Assembly (NCBI GenBank): GCA_039586365.1
Contig: JBDHKN010000074.1
Coordinates: 1-22,945, forward strand
Direction of reading: 5' to 3'
Origin: Gemmatimonadota bacterium
GTDB lineage: Bacteria > Gemmatimonadota > Gemmatimonadetes > Gemmatimonadales > GWC2-71-9
DNA: 22,945 bases
The translations under genes were made by a program, and so were the position numbers. Below are positions 16,079 to 22,945 of this stretch, piece after piece; position 1 is the stretch's first letter; every line of letters begins with the position of its first letter. A model generated the notes under the pieces. It saw only the letters and a program-made list of their open reading frames with translations. It was not told where the DNA came from and did no database searches.

Positions 16079-18985
16079 CTAGAACGTCACTTCCAGGCCG
16101 AACCGGAACGACCGTGGTTGCGGCAGGGTCACGCTCGACTCGCCTCCGAGCGTCAGGTTTTGACCTGAGTGTATGCCGTTCAGTTCCGGATCGATCATGG
16201 GAGTCTTCGAGAAGATCCTCACGTTACGAACGCTGCCGTATAGGACGGCGCGGTCAAAGCCGAACTGGCCCGAAATCGACTGCGGCATCGACCAGCGGAG
16301 GCCGATCTGCCTCAGCTTCAACCAGTCACCGTCGAGCAGGAACGCGCTGCGAGCAGCGTTCTGACTGAACGGGCCGATCTCGCTACCGTCGGTGTCATAC
16401 CGAATGGGGAAGGTGTACCCCTCCTCGATCAGTTCGCGACGGAAGATGCCGTTGAAGGTGGCCCAGACCGAGCCCCAGTCGAACACCTGGTGCCCCGTCG
16501 CCCAATCCGCACTCGCTGAGAACGTGAGATTGCCGAGGAACGTAACGCTGGTATTGAAGCTCCCCGACCTGGTCGGCGTCGGCTGCGAGCCACTGAACGT
16601 GAGTGAGTCGGAGTCAAGGAAACCATCATTGTTAGAGTCGTACGGCGTCCTCACGCGCCACGCACCCACTGGATGTCCGACTTCGACTCGCTGCTGGCTG
16701 TTACCCGGGATGTTGAAGGGAGCCTGCCCACCCAGGTCAGTGACTTCGTTGTCGACGGTGTGGAAGGTTGCACCAATATCCCACCGTAGGTTCTCACTGG
16801 TGAGGACCTGCAGGTTCACTGCAAGCTCGATTCCCTTGTTCTTGATCTCTCCGACGTTTCTGAGCTGTGACCCCAGACCAGTGACCGGCTGCTCTGGCAC
16901 GAACATCATGGCGTCGGTAGTCGTAGCGTCGAAGTAGGTGAACTCCACCGACACGCGCTGGTCGAGCAGGGCGAGGTCAAAGCCCGGCTCGATGGTGGTC
17001 GTCACCTCGGGACCGAGCGCCGGATTGCCCGGGTTGTCGAAGCTCGGCGCACTCTCGCCTAGGAACCTGTCCGCCTCGAACGAGCGGTCGCGCAGAAACG
17101 GCTCGGGGAACTTGCCGGTCTGACCGTAGGCAACGCGCAGCTTGAGCGCGTTGACGAAACCTCCTAGAGACTGCTGGAAGAACGGCTCGTCCGAGAGAAT
17201 GTAGCTGGCCCCGAACTTCGGGTAGGCTTCCACCTGTACGTCGTCACCGAACGCCGAGTTGGCGTCGATGCGAAGCCCGGCATTCAAGAACAGCCTGTCG
17301 AACAATCCGATCTCTTCCTGGAAATAGAAGCCCCCATTGAAGATCTCGGTGTTGGTCTCGAACGCATCTACGCTACCCGACTCATCGAAGTCAGGCGCGC
17401 CGGGCAGGGCGAAATCCTGTCCAGTCACGTTCGTGGTCGCGATATCATCGCGGAATCCCTGCGCGCCGACGGTGAAGTCAGATGTCCACCAACCCTCGTA
17501 GGGATAGCTGAACGTACCGGCTACATCGAGAGTGACAGAGCTGAAGTCACGCTGGAAGCGCTGGAGCTGACCGCGCCCATTGTTGACTATCGTGGCACCG
17601 ATGGGTGAGAACTCGCGTTGCTGGTTGGTGCGGTAGTCGAGGCCAACGGTTCCGCGACCGGTGAAGATCCGTCCCTCGCGATAGTCGAATCCGGTGCCAA
17701 ACCGGAATCGGTTCACGACCTCGTCGATGTTCGGCAACAGGAAGACCCGGCCGGCATCGTCGAAGTTATCTTCGCCCGAGAAGAAGAATACGTCACCGAC
17801 CTCAAAGCTGGTCAACGGGTCCGCGATGGCCGTGCCGTTGAACAGGCGGCCGAACTTGTTGCGGGTGTAGTTGGCGGTGAAGTTGATGCCGAGCTTCTCG
17901 CTCACGTCCGCTTGGACGGCACCGCGCAAGTTGAAGATGAGGTCTTCGTTCTTGGGCTGCACGCCATCACTCTGCTGCGTGCGTCCGCTCACGGAGTACA
18001 CGAGGTCTTCACTGCCGCCTGAGACACCCAGGTAGTAGTTCTGGAAGTGGCCCGTCTGGAAGTAGTTGTTCTTCAGCCAGGCGCTGTCGAACCAGGACTC
18101 GTCCCCATAGTCATCCTGATAGATCGTGCCGGTGTCGAAGATGTACTTGAGTTCCGGCCGATCGAAGCCCTGCTCGATGCGGGCGGTCACTTTGGGCGCA
18201 CCCGGCGTTCCCCTCTTAGTGAAGATCTGGATCACGCCCGACGCTGCATCCGATCCATAGAGCGTGCTTGCGGCACCACCCTTGGTGACCTCGATCCGGT
18301 CAATGTCACTTACCAAGAGATCGGCCAGTGCCGACGACTCCTCACCCCCGGTATCGGAAGACGTCTGGTCACTGTTGTCGACACGGATGCCGTCGACGTA
18401 GATGACCGGAGTCTGACTGCCGAACACGCTGGTGATGCCGCGGAAGTTGATCAGTCCCGAGGTTCCGCCTTGCGCGGACGTCGCGTTGACTGTTGCGCCG
18501 GCGATCTTGCCCTGGAGCAACTCGGCTACGTCGGTAACCGGCGATTGTTCGATCTCCGCCGCGCTCACGACATCCACCGTGGCGGCCAGCTTGCGCTGCT
18601 CCACCTGGCGGCCCGTCCCTGTGACGACGATCTGGTCGAGCTGAATGACCGTTCGCTGCAGCTCGAAGTCTGCCGTTTCGGTCTGGCCCGACTGGACCGT
18701 CAGCTCAATGGCGACTGTGCCGTACCCGATCATGCGCGCGCGGAGCGTCACGCGGCCAGCGGGTAAGTTGGCCACCGAGTAGCGGCCGTCATCGTCGGTC
18801 GCAACGGGCACGCTGCGGCCTTCGACGAACACCTGCACGCCCGCCAGCGCCCGGTGTGTTGAGGCGTCGGTCACCCTACCCTGCACCGTACCTGTCGCCT
18901 GACCCCAGAGCGGGCCAGCGAGCAGGCAAAACGCAGCGCTCGCCAGGGTAAACCGAGCCAAGGCTCTAACAGATGCTCGGATCAT
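16079..18985 (-). CDS. SusC/RagA-family TonB-dependent outer-membrane transporter
   Basis: Signal peptide; CarboxypepD_reg-like N-terminal extension (GTVQGRVTDA...TDDDGRY...RMIGY); TonB-box-like LDQIVVTG; plug DIDRIEVTKGGAASTLYGSDAASGVIQIFTK; LKLRVAYG, GNPALGPE, NVGEIKNKGIE, WLKLRQI; terminal FGLEVTF; AAGGAGG RBS. Confidence 0.96.
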   Translation of the reverse strand: MIRASVRALARFTLASAAFCLLAGPLWGQATGTVQGRVTDASTHRALAGVQVFVEGRSVPVATDDDGRYSVANLPAGRVTLRARMIGYGTVAIELTVQSGQTETADFELQRTVIQLDQIVVTGTGRQVEQRKLAATVDVVSAAEIEQSPVTDVAELLQGKIAGATVNATSAQGGTSGLINFRGITSVFGSQTPVIYVDGIRVDNSDQTSSDTGGEESSALADLLVSDIDRIEVTKGGAASTLYGSDAASGVIQIFTKRGTPGAPKVTARIEQGFDRPELKYIFDTGTIYQDDYGDESWFDSAWLKNNYFQTGHFQNYYLGVSGGSEDLVYSVSGRTQQSDGVQPKNEDLIFNLRGAVQADVSEKLGINFTANYTRNKFGRLFNGTAIADPLTSFEVGDVFFFSGEDNFDDAGRVFLLPNIDEVVNRFRFGTGFDYREGRIFTGRGTVGLDYRTNQQREFSPIGATIVNNGRGQLQRFQRDFSSVTLDVAGTFSYPYEGWWTSDFTVGAQGFRDDIATTNVTGQDFALPGAPDFDESGSVDAFETNTEIFNGGFYFQEEIGLFDRLFLNAGLRIDANSAFGDDVQVEAYPKFGASYILSDEPFFQQSLGGFVNALKLRVAYGQTGKFPEPFLRDRSFEADRFLGESAPSFDNPGNPALGPEVTTTIEPGFDLALLDQRVSVEFTYFDATTTDAMMFVPEQPVTGLGSQLRNVGEIKNKGIELAVNLQVLTSENLRWDIGATFHTVDNEVTDLGGQAPFNIPGNSQQRVEVGHPVGAWRVRTPYDSNNDGFLDSDSLTFSGSQPTPTRSGSFNTSVTFLGNLTFSASADWATGHQVFDWGSVWATFNGIFRRELIEEGYTFPIRYDTDGSEIGPFSQNAARSAFLLDGDWLKLRQIGLRWSMPQSISGQFGFDRAVLYGSVRNVRIFSKTPMIDPELNGIHSGQNLTLGGESSVTLPQPRSFRFGLEVTF

Positions 18986-19410
18986 GCTATGAACCTCCTT
19001 GTGAGGGTTTGGAACTTTAGCACTCAGCTATGGTCGAGCATGCACTGCCGTGATGTCACCTGGACAACACACGGCTACGTCCGATTCACAGTGGGTGGTG
19101 AGATTTCGAGTGGGGTCCATCGAGCGCGACCACACTCGGACGGCGTATTCCATTCCTGGTGTAATCGTCCATCCTTATGGGTGTGGCCCATTTTGCTCTG
19201 CCCAGGTAAGAGAAGGGCAACACCGCACAAAAGTGCCTATCCCGAATGGCTATTGAACAAGCAACTTAACCATCGAACGCACCAAAAGGAACTGAAGCAG
19301 GCGGGCCCGCTGGGCGCCGGATGCGACGTGACGTGCCTGTATTGCGGTCTCGAAAACGGGCTAGCCAGCCCTGTCCACCAACGAGGGATGTGGTGCACTT
19401 AACAGGGATA

Positions 19411-22701
<3,291 letters not shown>

Positions 22702-22717
22702 GAACGGCGGGCAAGCA

Positions 22718-22763
22718 TCCGGATGGCTGTATTGCCCCGCTCCGGATGGCTGTATTGCCCCGC
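22718..22763. repeat. Perfect 23-bp tandem duplication
   Basis: TCCGGATGGCTGTATTGCCCCGC at 22718-22740 and 22741-22763. Confidence 0.95.
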
Positions 22764-22764
22764 T

Positions 22765-22907
22765 AGGCAGCCGAGCGCTGCTGGTCTCTCCGGGCGCTGT
22801 GGTTCGGGTGGACACGGCGCACTCGCAACCCCACAACACAGCCATCGAGTGCGCCGAGACCACACCGCCCCAACGCGCCCTGCGGGACCAACAGCGCTCG
22901 GCTGCCT
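22765..22907. repeat. 143-bp imperfect inverted repeat (rod-like hairpin; MITE/REPIN-like element or structured RNA)
   Basis: Outer 16-bp perfect AGGCAGCCGAGCGCTG / CAGCGCTCGGCTGCCT, then TGGTC/GACCA, GGGCGC/GCGCCC, GTGG/CCAC, inner 11-bp perfect CGGCGCACTCG / CGAGTGCGCCG around a 20-nt loop (22826-22845). Confidence 0.88.
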
Positions 22908-22945
22908 GACAACCCCGCTGGCACTTGCGGTTCTTGGTCGCACCC

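Noticed and set aside
18989..19402. 137-aa plus-strand ORF in the susC-lacZ spacer
   Set aside because: Overlaps the susC RBS, has no RBS of its own, atypical Cys/Trp/His-rich composition and no recognisable motif.
22718..22763. 23-bp repeats as a CRISPR array
   Set aside because: Only two directly abutting copies, no spacer and no cas genes.
22765..22907. Long hairpin as SRP (4.5S) RNA, 6S RNA or retron msd
   Set aside because: No SRP helix-8 consensus (CAGG..GGAA..AGCA), no large central bubble typical of 6S, and no reverse transcriptase in the window; retained only as an unassigned element.

Overview
GC-rich bacterial chromosomal window with 11 protein-coding genes, nearly all encoding exported, lipoprotein or membrane proteins. 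The gene repertoire (kinase-TM-TolB_N-like-TPR protein, SusC/SusD-like pair, stand-alone plug lipoprotein, paired BNR/VPS10-like propellers) suggests Gemmatimonadota; this is an inference. Order: partial BNR/VPS10-like protein (-, missed by the ORF track); orphan CcmH-like protein (+); M19 dipeptidase lipoprotein (-); 712-aa Cys-rich Ig-like lipoprotein (-); Hanks-type Ser/Thr kinase (-); second BNR/VPS10-like protein (+); S9 peptidase (+); plug-only lipoprotein (+); SusD-like (-); SusC-like TonB-dependent transporter (-); exported GH2 beta-galactosidase (+). No rRNA, tRNA, CRISPR array or transposase was seen. The most notable unexplained items are: (1) a 143-bp rod-like inverted repeat at the right end whose loop is complementary to an adjacent, tandemly duplicated 23-mer; (2) an inverted heptamer (TGACGAN) array that supplies the stop codons of two convergent genes; (3) a barrel-less TonB plug lipoprotein with its own operator-like palindrome facing the SusCD pair; (4) a possible peptide/glycopeptide utilisation neighbourhood with sortilin-like propellers that lack the GH74 catalytic Asp.
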